DNA of 64,000 nucleotides from Macrostomum lignano. Taxonomy: Eukaryota. The position numbers and the translations under genes were made by a program. This document shows positions 52,201 to 64,000 of the stretch, in pieces; position 1 is the stretch's first letter; each line of letters starts with the position of its first letter. The notes under the pieces were generated by a model. That model did not search any database. It was not told the origin of the DNA and was given only the letters and a program-made list of their open reading frames with translations. The stretch is taken from contig NIVC01001077.1 of NCBI GenBank assembly GCA_002269645.1, positions 125,573-189,572 of the forward strand, in the 5' to 3' direction.

Positions 52201-55200
52201 CGTTTAGTCGGCATCAACCTTATTTACTCAGCATCTTCTGTCCCATCATCTACTCAGCATTATCTGCCTCATTATCTACTCAGCATCTTCTGTCCCATCA
52301 TCTACTCAGCATATTCTGCCCGAAATCATACCGAAAACCTGCTTTGTTTCCGGAATCAATTTTTAAACATATAAAGCATCGAAGTCATTCAATAAAGCTC
52401 CTACTAAGAGTAGTAAATAACAGCAGGGTCTAATCTCCCCACCCTTACAGGTTTCCGCCGCAGAGGCTGGTGAACAGACGGGCTGAAATTCGGTTTCTCC
52501 TGCGATTTCGGCGCCTGCGCTGGTGAATTATCGGTAATACTGGATGTAGCTTGGTTGCTAGGCAACTGCTGTTGTTGCTGAGGCGGCGGCGTTCGCAACG
52601 GCGGAGGCTGCGGATGAGGCTGCCTAGGCGACTGTCTAGCCGGCATCTGCAGCAGGTGTTGAACATTGGCCCGGCGTTGAGAGCAGACGTCTTGAAATTC
52701 GCGCAGCAATGCAACCGTCAGGTGCTCGCCAAGACCGGGTGCGGCAATGAACTGGTGCTGCAGCAGCTGCGCGGCAGAGGACCGGTGCCTGCAGATGATG
52801 AAGAGTAGATGCGGCAGATGATGCAGAGTAGATGGGGCAGATATGAAGATGATGAGTAGATAGGGTAGATGATGCAGAGTAGATAGGGCAGATAGGGCAG
52901 ATGATGCTGAGTAGATGGGGCAGATGATGCTGAGTAGATGGGGCAGATGATGCTGAGTAGATGGGGCAGATGATGCTGAGTATAGATGGGGCAGATGATG
53001 CCGAGTAGATGGGGCAGATGATGCCGAGTAGATGGGGCAGATGATGCCGAGTCGATGGGGCAGATGATGCTGAGTAGATGGGGCAGATGATGCTGAGTAG
53101 ATGGGGCAGATGATGCTGAGTATAGATAGGGCAGATGATGCCGAGTAGATGGGGCAGATGATGCCGAGTAGATGGGGCAGATGATGCCGAGTCGATGGGG
53201 CAGATGATGCCGAGTAGATGGGGCAGATATGAAGATGATGAGTAGATGGGGCAGATGATGCTGAGTATAGATGGGGCAGATGATGCCGAGTAGATGGGGC
53301 AGATGATGCCGAGTAGATGGGGCAGATGATGCCGAGTAGATGGGGCAGATGATTCCGAGTCGATGGGGCAGATGATGCCGAGTAGATGGGGCAGATATGA
53401 AGATGATGAGTAGATGGGGCAGATGATGCTGAGTATAGATGGGGCAGATGATGCCGAGTAGATGGGGCAGATGATGCCGAGTAGATGGGGCAGATGATGC
53501 CGAGTAGATGGGGCAGATGATGCCGAGTCGATGGGGCAGATGATGCCGAGTAGATGGGGCAGATATGAAGATGATGAGTAGATGGGGCAGATGATGCTGA
53601 GTATAGATGGGGCAGATGATGCCGAGTAGATGGGGCAGATGATGCCGAGTAGATGGGGCAGATGATGCCGAGTAGATGGGGCAGATATGAAGATGATGAG
53701 TAGATAGGGCAGATTGTGCTGAGTAGATAGGGCAGATGTTAATGAGACCATGCTTCAAGAAACTCAGCGCCAAATCACCTGGGATTCAGCCGCAGCGCAG
53801 CGCACAGGAAGCTGTGAAAGCTTTCAGTCCAGGCGGCCCGGCGGCGCAAAGTGGGCTGGCGGTAGCCGCGGCTGGCGATGGCCTGCAGGGCCTTCATCGG
53901 TGGCAGGCTGAACAAGGGCGGCTCCAGTTCGGCCAACTCGATGGCGGTGATGCCTACCGACCAGACGTCGCAGAGCTCGTTGTAGCCGCCGGTCCGTCTG
54001 ACATCCGCCACCTGCAGCCAAGTAAGTTAAGAGGCGCTGGGTAGATTTAGGGAGTCAGCTGCCGCTCTGGGTAGGTTTAGGGAGTTATCTGCCGCTCTGG
54101 GTAGGTTTAGGGAGTTATCTGCCGCTCTGGGTAGGTTTGGGGAGTTATCTGCCGCTCTGGGTAGGTTTAGGGAGTTATCTGCCGCTCTAGGTAGGTTTAG
54201 GGAGTTATCTGCCGCTCTAGGTAGGTTTAGGGAGTTATCTGCCGCTCTGGGTAGGTTTAGGGAGTTATCTGCCGCTCTGGGTAGGTTTAGGGAGTTATCT
54301 GCCGCTCTGGGTAGGTTTAGGGAGTCAGCTGCCGCTCTGGGTAGGTTTAGGGAGTCAGCTGCCGCTCTGGGTAGGTTTAGGGAGTCAGCTGCCGCTCTGG
54401 GTAGGTTTAGGGAGTCAGCTGCCGCTCTGGGTAGGTTTAGGGAGTCAGCTGCCGCTCTGGGTAGGTTTCAGCGACCATCTACTTAGATCAGATAGGTTCC
54501 ACGAAGATTGTCAATGCAAAGTACAGCGAGTTATGTACCTCAGGTGCCATCCAATAAGGCGTGCCAATAAAGGACATCCGTTTGCCAAGTGTAGCAGTAA
54601 TCTGGGCGGCAATGCCAAAGTCGGCCAGCTTAACCGCGCCCTCCATAGTTAACAATATATTGGCTCCTTTGATGTCGCGGTGCAGCCGGTGCAGGCTGTG
54701 CATGTGCGCCAGGGCACGCAGGGACTCCCGACAAACAAAAGCGATGACGGATTCTTTAAGGGCTGTCTGGGTGACATTGTAAATGTCTTGCAGGGACTTG
54801 CCACCACAGTACTCCATGGCCATCCATAGGCACAGCTGTCGGGGTGCGCGGATCTCGCTGGACAAGGATTGTTGGCAGCAAGAGTTTCTCTTTTGAGGCT
54901 TTGAATGGGATTATTGACATTTTCTGACCAATCCCAATTATTGGGGGGATTCTGAGATCTGCACATTTTCTCATCCCAATTATTAGGGAGATTCTGTGAG
55001 ATCTGCACATTTTATCATCCCAATTATTAGGGAGATTCTGTGAGATCTGCACATTTTCTCATCCCAATTATTAGGGAGATTCTGTGAGATCTGCACATTT
55101 TATCATCCCAATTACTGGGGAGATTCTGAGATCTACACATTTTCTCATCCCAATTATTGGAGAGATTCTGAGATCTGCACATTTTCTCATCCCAATTATT

Positions 55201-56410
55201 GGAGAGATTCTGAGATCTGCACATTTTCTCATCCCAATTATTGGAGAGATTCTGAGATCTGCACATTTTCTCATCCCAATTATTAGGGAGATTCTGTGAG
55301 ATCTGCACATTTTCTCATCCCAATTATTGGAGAGATTCTGTGAGATCTGCACATTTTCTCATCCCAATTATTAGGGAGATTCTGTGAGATCTGCACATTT
55401 TATCATCCCAATTACTAGGGAGATTCTGAGATCTACACATTTTCTCATCCCAATTATTGGAGAGATTCTGAGATCTGCACATTTTCTCATCCCAATTATT
55501 GGAGAGATTCTGAGATCTGCACATTTTCTCATCCCAATTATTGGAGAGATTCTGAGATCTGCACATTTTCTCATCCCAATTATTGGAGAGATTCTGTGAG
55601 ATCTGCACATTTTCTCATCCCAATTATTAGGGAGATTCTGTGAGATCTGCACATTTTCTCATCCCAATTATTGGGGAGATTCTGAGATTTGCACATTTTC
55701 TCATCCCAATTATTGGGGAGATTTTGAGATCTGCACATTTTCTCATCCCAATTATTGGAGAGATTCTGAGATCCAAACATTTTTCTTATTCCAATTATTG
55801 GGGACATTCTATAAGATCTACATTTCTTATCCCATCCAAATTATTAGGAAGATTCTGTAAGATCAATAATTTTTATCATTATAATCATTAGGTAACAACT
55901 TAAGTTAAATTAATAAACTCACGTAAGAAATGCTCCATAGAATTGGACAATATTGGCATGTTGACAATCTTTTAATGCATATAACTCAGCTAATATATTC
56001 TTTAAATCATCTTTGGGCTCAATTTTTACACACTTTAGTGCTGCAATACCATCAGTTGATAGATTCTGCACCTAAAATATTTTAAATAATAATAGTTTGC
56101 TAAAAATCAATTATTTTTTAATACAAAGAATACAAGTTAAAATATTGATTTAAATAACAAAGTTAATATCAAGTAATATGATCCCAGAATTCTCTTTTAA
56201 AAACTAGTTTAATACTATTCTACTTATACATTGGGGACTTTACTTTACCTTATATACATGTCCATATGTTCCACTTCCTACTTCCTTGATATTCCGGTAG
56301 AACTCCCAAGGATCATAGCCTTTAATTACACTAAATAGCTCTGGGTGTGCACGAAAAATTGAACTTCGAGATAAATTATTCTGCTTAACAGCTGGTCCAC
56401 TGGGTTGCAT
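49273..56410 (-). CDS. MAP4K3: GCK-I family Ste20 kinase (MAP4K3/MAP4K5/happyhour-like) with a C-terminal CNH domain; complement(join(49273..49455,51098..52141,52449..52788,53779..54011,54539..54857,55923..56071,56249..56410)), 809 aa
   Basis: Kinase motifs [58 protein letters not shown] and [25 protein letters not shown] are present. The CNH domain starts [18 protein letters not shown] and ends [17 protein letters not shown]. All six introns are GT-AG with matching phases (2430 nt). The vertebrate paralog assignment (3 vs 5) cannot be resolved. Confidence 0.9.
49570..51075. repeat. 18-bp minisatellite (gagaatgagataggatct) in the last MAP4K intron
   Basis: Visible. Confidence 0.96.
52792..53738. 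repeat. ~22-bp compound minisatellite (gatgatgccgagtagatggggca) in a MAP4K intron
   Basis: Visible. Confidence 0.94.
54038..54470. repeat. 30-bp minisatellite (gccgctctgggtaggtttagggagttatct) in a MAP4K intron
   Basis: Visible 30-bp period. Confidence 0.95.
54930..55800. repeat. 42/44-bp minisatellite (gagatctgcacattttctcatcccaattattggagagattct) in MAP4K intron 2
   Basis: Visible, with a ~297-bp higher-order duplication. Confidence 0.94.
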
Positions 56411-56889
56411 GCTGAAATTTAAAAGAGTAAAGTTTAAATTAAGAAGAATGACTAATTAATCAGCATATTGGACTTTGTAGGCATTTGGCACTAGCCGTGT
56501 TAGTTAGCAATAAGCCAATAGTACCTATACAAAGTGTGTTCAAGTTAAAGTAGTACATTAAACTACATTACAATAATTTAGACCTGGGGTGTTCTAATAA
56601 TCAATTTAAATAGTGCAGTGCAGTATGCAGCATCTATCTCCATCTGTACGCATGATAACAAGGCATTAGACTCGCGTATGTGAAGTTGGGAACACACTTT
56701 TCATGCTTTTTACTTACGAGTACATTACAAGGAAATAAAGGCCGGCGCTTTTTACAGGAAAACTTATTCAATTGAATTTAATGCTTTACGCGAAATAACT
56801 CAGCAGTCGAGTTCGTTAATTATCGCTGAAACAAGCAAAATTATTTTATTTATTTTTAGTTGTCTTGTAAGTCATAAGGCTTACTTAAG

Positions 56890-57253
56890 GGGGAGTTAGC
56901 TTAGAGGTCAAGCACGGCGCAGTTATGTGCCAGCGGCCCGGGCTCGATTCCAGATGCAGTCACATTTTATTATTCACGGCGAAATTGGAATCTCGGCTTG
57001 GGTCTGCTCGTGCAATTAACGCCCTTGAGTGCCAACCCCAACACTGAAGTGTACATACCTAACGATAAATAAAGTCAGGTTAAGACTGCTGTACAGTGCG
57101 TGCCTGTGCGTATGACTGCGTACATATCCACGCGCTTTGCCTGTGAAGGGAGTCGGCGGAATGATGGGCAGTAATATATGCCTAGCTAGCCACCGGTTGT
57201 GTGACAATGTCGCTTAAAGTGCGTCAGGGCACACAGCCCTGCCTCTAATGAAA
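56890..57253 (+). mobile_element. tRNA-derived SINE, family B, copy 3, upstream of MAP4K
   Basis: Homologous to the 43054 copy along its length, with a 14-bp TSD aaggcttacttaag (56876-56889 and 57254-57267). Confidence 0.88.
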
Positions 57254-58494
57254 AAGGCTTACTTAAGCTTTAGGACAGGTCTTAATGTATATATTTTAGG
57301 CACATTTAATCACAGCTTCAACTGCTCAAACAATGTACGATGCTAACAAAAGAAAAGAATTCTTTCGACCAAATGTCTGTAACTATCTCTTTTTTTAATT
57401 TCATGTACATTTTAGAGCTTGGAAGATCAGCGGACAATTTTTAATTTTCACTTTTACCATTTGATTTGGCCAGATTTTTAATTGATATTCGCGTGACTAT
57501 TTTGACTATTTGGATATGCACATGATTGCATGAAGCTCCACATGTATATTAAAACAGCATTAGATTCGAGGCTGCGGCGCGCAGAATAAATAATGCACGA
57601 TTAAGTCAATATCGTTGAGTGGATGAACACAATTTTCTTGGCATGCACGAATCTCGCGTGCACGTCGCGGATTTGATCATCTGCGCATAGACGAGACTGC
57701 AGTCTCATGGTCTCTAGAGACTTGAGCAAATTATAATTATCGTATCTCAAGCGTCACTAAAACTTGAAGAGAAAAAACTGAATTCTAGGCTTTCTTGCAT
57801 TTCCAAAATTTGTCAAACAAAATTAATTCACAATTGCGATATCGACAGAAATTAATAGTTACAGCACCAAGGACGACGGCCCATTAGCAAAAGCAATTAG
57901 TGGACCTGCATAATTTCTCCACAGGAATATTTCTTTCTCTCTTACGTTTCGAGTTTGCTTAATAGCTTTAATCCCAATTCTAACACACGCAAACAGTAGC
58001 CAACGGTTCTGGGCTTGAGAAACTCAGAATTCAGACTGATTGGAGACTGGAATATTTATTTTAGCCCCACCCCGGTCTTGCATATACATGTATAGGCCTT
58101 GTACCAGAAGTAGGCGGAGCTGCTATTAGCAAACACGCTCCCGCGACAATCAACTTACCTGGGACAGTCCAGGCGAAATTTTGAGACCAAATATGGCTTC
58201 GCTTGTATAGCCTGTTTAACAGATTTTAGATACTTTCAAATTTCTCGACGAATTTCCGTTCGACCAGCAGCTAAATCAATCATCCGGAGACGGGAGCACT
58301 GAAAGCTGATGGCCCCAGGCTGAGACAGCTCAAATTCGGCTTGAATCAATATAGACAATTTCATAGAGATTATTGATTCGCAAATTTACCATCAATTAAT
58401 TTATTCAGTTTCCAGTGAGTGTAAATTGTTCCTCGGAACAGCAAATTAATGCCTTTTTGTCAATTCCCCATCTTTAACTCTGTTTCTCAACCCA

Positions 58495-60020
58495 CAGTCC
58501 AGGATTTCCTATCTGTTTCTCAGTCCACACTTCCTGGATGTCCGATCTGTCTCTCACCCCAAAGTTCCAGGATGTCCGATCTGTCTCTCACCCCACAGTT
58601 CCAGGATGTCAGATCTGTCTCACACCATAGTTCCAGGATGTCCGATCTGTCTCACACCATAGTTCCAGGATGTCCGATCTGTCTCTCACCCCACAGTTCC
58701 AGGATGTCCGATCTGTCTTTCACCCCACAGTTCCAGGATGTCAGATCTGTCTCTCACCCCACAGTTCCAGGATTTCCGATCTGTCTCTCACCCCACAGTT
58801 CCAGGATGTCAGATCTGTCTCACACCATAGTTCCAGGATGTCCGATCTGTCTCACACCATAGTTCCAGGATGTCCGATCTGTCTCTCACCCCACAGTTCC
58901 AGGATGTCCGATCTGTCTTTCACCCCACAGTTCCAGGATGTCAGATCTGTCTCTCACCCACAGTTCCAGGATGTCCGATCTGTCTCTCACCCCACAGTTC
59001 CAGGATGTCAGATCTGTCTCACACCATAGTTCCAGGATGTCCGATCTGTCTCTCACCCCACAGTTCCAGGATGTCCGATCTGTCTTTCACCCCACAGTTC
59101 CAGGATGTCAGATCTGTCTCTCACCCACAGTTCCAGGATGTCCGATCTGTCTCTCACCCCACAGTTCCAGGATGTCAGATCTGTCTCACACCATAGTTCC
59201 AGGATGTCCGATCTGTCTCTCACCCCACAGTTCCAGGATGTCAGATCTGTCTCTCACCCCACAGTTCCAGGATGTCCGATCTGTCTCACACCATAGTTCC
59301 AGGATGTCCGATCTGTCTCTCACCCCACAGTTCCAGGATGTCCGATCTGTCTTTCACCCCACAGTTCCAGGATGTCAGATCTGTCTCTCACCCACAGTTC
59401 CAGGATGTCCGATCTGTCTCTCACCCCACAGTTCCAGGATGTCAGATCTGTCTCACACCATAGTTCCAGGATGTCCGATCTGTCTCTCACCCCACAGTTC
59501 CAGGATGTCAGATCTGTCTCTCACCCCACAGTTCCAGGATGTCAGATCTGTCTCACACCATAGTTCCACGATGTCAGATTTGTCTCACACCACAGTTTCA
59601 GGATGTCAGATCTGTCTCACACCATAGTTCCAGGATGTCCGATCTGTCTCTCACCCCACAGTTCCAGGATGTCAGATCTGTCTCTCACCCCACAGTTCCA
59701 GGATGTCAGATCTGTCTCTCACCCACAGTTCCAGGATGTCCGATCTGTCTCTCACCCCACAGTTCCAGGATGTCAGATCTGTCTCACACCATAGTTCCAG
59801 GATGTCCGATCTGTCTCTCACCCCACAGTTCCAGGATGTCAGATCTGTCTCTCACCCCAAAGTTCCAGGATGTCAGATCTGTCTCTCACCCCACAGTTCC
59901 AGGATGTCAGATCTGTCTCACACCATAGTTCCACGATGTCAGATTTGTCTCACACCATAGTTCCAGGATGTCCGATCTGTCTCTCACCACAGTTCCAGGA
60001 TGTCCGATCTGTCTCACCCT
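58495..60020. repeat. 31-34-bp minisatellite (cacagttccaggatgtccgatctgtctctcaccc)
   Basis: Visible, with alternating variants. Confidence 0.95.
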
Positions 60021-60342
60021 TCAGGTCTAAAGTACATGTGAGTGAATCACTTATTCATCCTGTAATTTTAAGTGCATTTCATGAGTTCACTTCAGTTTCC
60101 GCAGTATAATTTGATAAAATATTGGCAACACAAACAAAGTTTTGTCTATGCAGACTCGATGAATAGATACGATTCTCTCAGGTGACATTATAGCAGGCCT
60201 TTTATTAATCGCATCTTGTATTTATTGTTCCAATCTCGAACAGACTCACAGCGGACCCCTAACAACTGTATTAGTGAAAATGTATCTCTCTCGTGTTAGG
60301 GAAAAACGCTCTATGATTTGTTGCCATTTCCTGCTATCTTCC

Positions 60343-63300
60343 TTAGTTGGCGGTCTCGCTGCCCAGGAAGCCGCTCTCAACGATTCGGCCGAACAGGGCG
60401 TAGGCCTCGCGGTAGGCCTCCTCGGGCATGCCATCCAGGATCAGGTCAAGGATGCGGCCGTCTCGGGCGTATTCCATCACGAGAACCAGCTTGCGCAACT
60501 GCTGCTTGTTGAGGCCGACAGCGCTGGCGTACTCGCGGACGTTGAGTTGCTCTGCGGACGGGAACATGGTACTCGTAGAAGAGGTTTCTTGCACTGGCCA
60601 CAAAAAAGGGACGGCTAGAAGGCTACTTAGCTGCTAAAGAGGTTTCTACCGTTTATTGTATTGCATTTTACTGGTAGAGACTTCGCTGTAATAGCGCATT
60701 CGACGGAGAGTTTCACAAGCTCGCAACTTCTCATCTCAAACTCAAACTTTCTCTAGCTTCAACTTCTCAAGCCCACAACTTCTCATCTCAAACTCAAACT
60801 TTCTCTAGCTTCCAACTTCTCAAGCTCGTAGCTTCACAAGCTTGCAACTTCACAAGCTTGCAACTTCACAAGTTTACAACTTCACAAGCTTGCAACTTCA
60901 CAAGATTCGCAATTCACAAGATTGCAACTTCACAAAATTGCAGCTTTGCAAGCTCGCAAAGTCACAAGCTCGAAATCGCGCATTAGTAAATACGAAAGGA
61001 TTGATCACTTTCATAAGCTCAAGAATTTAAACATACATTTTCGAAAAAAGTATGGCTGATTACTTTCGAAATCTCGAATATTCCACATCATCGGAAAGTC
61101 TTCGAAAAGTTCACAATTTAAAAAGAATTTCGAGCTTTTGAAAGAGTCCCATCTGGCGAACTTCTCAAAAAACAGCTCAGCTAAGGTTCATTTGAGCTGT
61201 TTGGCTTCTCTAAAGTGTCTCTCTCGTTAGTTCAGGATCTTTGACTGCTCAATTGTGTCCGCTTTTGAGCAGATTCGGTATCTCAAATGAGTCTCAAAAA
61301 AATTTTAGTGCATCCTTTTGAGTCTTAATTTCTCAACAGTTTTACTCAAAATTTGACAACAGACTCCAACTCCTGTTCAACTCCTGCTATATAACAGAGC
61401 TACAATTCAGTGTGACTCATCCAAGATATTTATAATTGAAAGCGCAGAAGTCAACTAAAAGGTCACTTCGAGAATGATAAGGATCAAATTTCAGCTACAA
61501 TGGCAATACTGTTGTACACAGTAAAGTTCTGCATATGGGTTGGACACTCCAGCGTCAATGGTCGGGCACTTAAAACTCAGATAGATCAATACAACCTGTT
61601 TATGCAACATTGTGTTGTCTATGGCTGATCCATTACCAGCTGCTCTAAGTAGCTAATGAAGTTGCGGCAATTGCTACTATAAATGTACCCATCAATCTCC
61701 GAGGCTAAAATGAGCTCATATTGTAGTCGGGAGCACTCTGAATCCACTCACTCACTCCCACCGTCAGTCTCCTCCCTAGTTGAGATCAAATCCTCTCTAG
61801 GCGGCTTTGAGCAAGACTTAAATATTCAAAACTGCAGCGCCAGAAACTCCATTAGCGAAATTGTGAGTGTTTTTTAGGAAACCACGAGGATAATTAAGTT
61901 CCTCTGCCTGGCCCAAGAGTGCCTGCCGCGCGAAATGATGTTTGTCTCAACCTTCAGCTTTTCCCACGTGGATTTGGCCATCTGGCTTGCTAGCATCGAC
62001 TGCTTAGCTGGGAAATATTGTACAAGAACTTTTTGCCTCAGGGATTTGCCTGGGATGCAAGTCAGAGTGCAAAGCTGGGATCTAGCATGCTCTGAATTCC
62101 GAAGATTCCAAAGTTGCAAGTTGCAAGGATAGAAATCTTTCTTTGAGCTCCGGAAATTTAGTCTGGACAAAAACTGTCCTGCAAGTTGCAAAATAATATT
62201 CCAAGCCTTGAAGGGCAGGCGCCTGAAGCTGTGAGCTTCGTTACGATCGAAAATTTAATTTGTCACGGGATTCTGCAGATTTGGCTGGAAGTGGAACTAC
62301 AAGCGCCACAGGCACAGCTGTGATATCCCTTATTAATTTGTGAGTCTCTGTGTGTACAGCCATCAGAAAGAGGCTACAGGAATCGAATCCCCGCTAATTG
62401 AGATGGGATGCAGATAAAAAAATACAAACATACTCACCCTCAAAGAGTACTGAGATTTTCTAGTATACAAAACAATATAAACATGAAGATGACCAATTCT
62501 AAGGTAAACATGTTGGTGTAGGTTCTTACTCCGTAAATTTTGTTCTGACAAACTATTCAGAAGTCGAGTTATTGAGCATTAAAGTTTACGCTGGCTGTGC
62601 TGCCTATGGCTGCTATCTAGGCCAGGGTTCGGCAAACCCTTTTGCCTCAAGGGCCAAATAGAGAACCTAGAGAATGACTGCGGGCCGGAGGAGGGGAGAG
62701 AGGAGAGGGAATAGCGAAGAGAGAAGGGAGATAAGAAAAAGTAGTGGCGAGAGAATGAAGGAGAAGAAAGGAGTGGAGAGAGGAGAAGAGAGGAGAGAGG
62801 AGATAATAGAGAAGAGAAGAGAGGAGAGGAGAGAGGAGAGGAGATGAGGAGAGAGAAGAGAGAAGAGGAGACGACAGACGAGAGAAGAGGAAAGAGGAAA
62901 GAGGAGATGGTAGAGAAGAGAAGAGAGAAGAGAAAAGAGAGAGAAGAGAGAGAGGAGAGAGGAGAGGAGAGAGGAGAGGAGAGAGGAGAGGAGAGAGGAG
63001 AGGAGAGAGGAGAGGAGAGTGAAGAGAAGAGAAGAGAGAAAAGAATATAAGAGAGTAGAGAGGAGAGGAAAGAGAAGAGAGGAAAGAGAAGAGAGGAAGA
63101 GAGAAGAGAGGAGATTAGAGAGAAGAGCGCTGAGAAGAGATATAAACATTGAGCGGGCCGGATTGCTATTGTGAAGTTTCAAAGGACCTGACGGCCGAAG
63201 GAGATGCTCTGCGGGCCGTAGTTTGCAGACCCATTATCTAGGCCAGCTCTCGGGCCTTAAAATAGGCCTGTAGACCTGTAGAGCACCGGCAAAGTGCCAA

Positions 63301-63582
63301 TAAGGCCGAAAAGTTGATGCCAAGTTTTGAGCTACAAGTGGCACAAGCCAAAACTAAGTGTTCGGTTTAATGAGATTTGTAACTAAGAGTACTTTGTCGA
63401 TTTTCTGCATCAACTAGGGTTCTGCTGAAGCAACCCTGGAGATCGTTTGAGCAGCCCGTCAGTCTCACCGGTGAGCTGCTTGGCCAGCTCCTCCGGGGTG
63501 CCCTCGCCGAGAATATTCGGGATCAGCCAGTTGTGGAAACGGGCGATGAAGCTCTTCAGGATGATGCTGGCCGGGCGGTCTT
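60343..63582 (-). CDS. 3' part of an unidentified gene; complement(join(60343..60551,63469..63582)); 5' exons not resolved
   Basis: Two GC-rich exons with good splice sites (ttgcag|aa, accg|gtgaga, ccgcag|ag) join in phase 1 to give EDRPASIILKSFIARFHNWLIPNILGEGTPEELAKQLTEQLNVREYASAVGLNKQQLRKLVLVMEYARDGRILDLILDGMPEEAYREAYALFGRIVESGFLGSETAN*. A minus-strand AATAAA lies at ~60222. Confidence 0.6.
60720..60972. repeat. Degenerate ~16-bp repeat (caagcttgcaacttca)
   Basis: Visible. Confidence 0.75.
62623..63235. mobile_element. hAT/Charlie (MER58-like) MITE 3 carrying a GA-rich array
   Basis: Left end cagggttcggcaaacc; right end gcgggccgtagtttgcagacccatt (degenerate); perfect 8-bp TSD atctaggc (62615-62622 and 63236-63243). 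Confidence 0.82.
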
Positions 63583-63729
63583 CTGCAACGGTTGGGTGGT
63601 TTGATAGACTGTGTGCTCAGAATTATTTAGCTTGCAGACTTCTTAACCACGGAAGTTCAAGGACATCATCCAGAGCCAGAAAACAGACGCCTTCATTTAT
63701 GCAGCTCATTTAGGTCTGGGCCGGAGTCC

Positions 63730-64000
63730 GAGTTCTGAATTCGGTCTTAATGGCTACATTATTCTGAGTCTTACCGCGTTTATCTGCGTCTTAATGTGTC
63801 CTTCTGAGTCTTCATAGCTACATCATTTCTGAGACTTAATGTATCTTTCTGAGTCTTCATAGCTACATCATTTCTATGTTTTAATGTGTCCTTCTGAGTC
63901 TTCATAGCTACACCATTTCTGAGACTTAATGTATCTTTCTGAGTCTTCATAGCTACATCATTTCTATGTTTAATGTGTCCTTCTGAGTCTTCATAGCTAC
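63730..64000. repeat. Tandem repeat (ttctgagtcttcatagctac... units) running off the window end
   Basis: Visible. Confidence 0.85.

Noticed and set aside
60400-60500. Kinase-like string KLVLVMEYARDG
   Set aside because: No glycine loop, VAIK, HRD or DFG motif occurs in the joined product, and it ends ~40 aa later; the resemblance is probably chance.
61683-62200. Possible extra exon or TE ORF in the intron of the unidentified gene
   Set aside because: The frames contain stops and no recognisable domain, and the flanking exons already join in phase without it.

Overview
Eukaryotic (animal) genomic DNA. The combination of GC-rich exons and a different minisatellite in nearly every intron resembles the flatworm Macrostomum lignano, but the organism is an inference. 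Four spliced genes could be reconstructed by hand with consistent intron phases. They are a Dmrt93B/DMRTA-type DM+DMA transcription factor (+, 2 exons, 477 aa), a divergent GSAP/pigeon homolog (-, 8 exons, 846 aa, one GC-AG intron), ZNHIT6/BCD1 (+, 2 exons, with an 18x MEQPQQQ start-codon expansion) and a GCK-I MAP4K kinase with a CNH domain (-, 7 exons, 809 aa). There is also an orphan single-pass membrane ORF (41169-41600) and the 3' two exons of an unidentified gene (-, 60343-63582). Mobile elements are an internally deleted piggyBac, three hAT/Charlie (MER58-like) MITEs that each carry an internal tandem array, and five copies of two tRNA-derived SINE families. About 35-40 tandem arrays explain most of the long ORFs in the supplied track. 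No CRISPR array, rRNA gene or true tRNA gene was found. The best leads are the satellite-carrying MITEs, the ZNHIT6 ATG ladder, the piggyBac at a TTAG site whose empty site survives in the same array, the RFX X-boxes with a possible distant first exon for the orphan membrane protein, and an inverted SINE pair.
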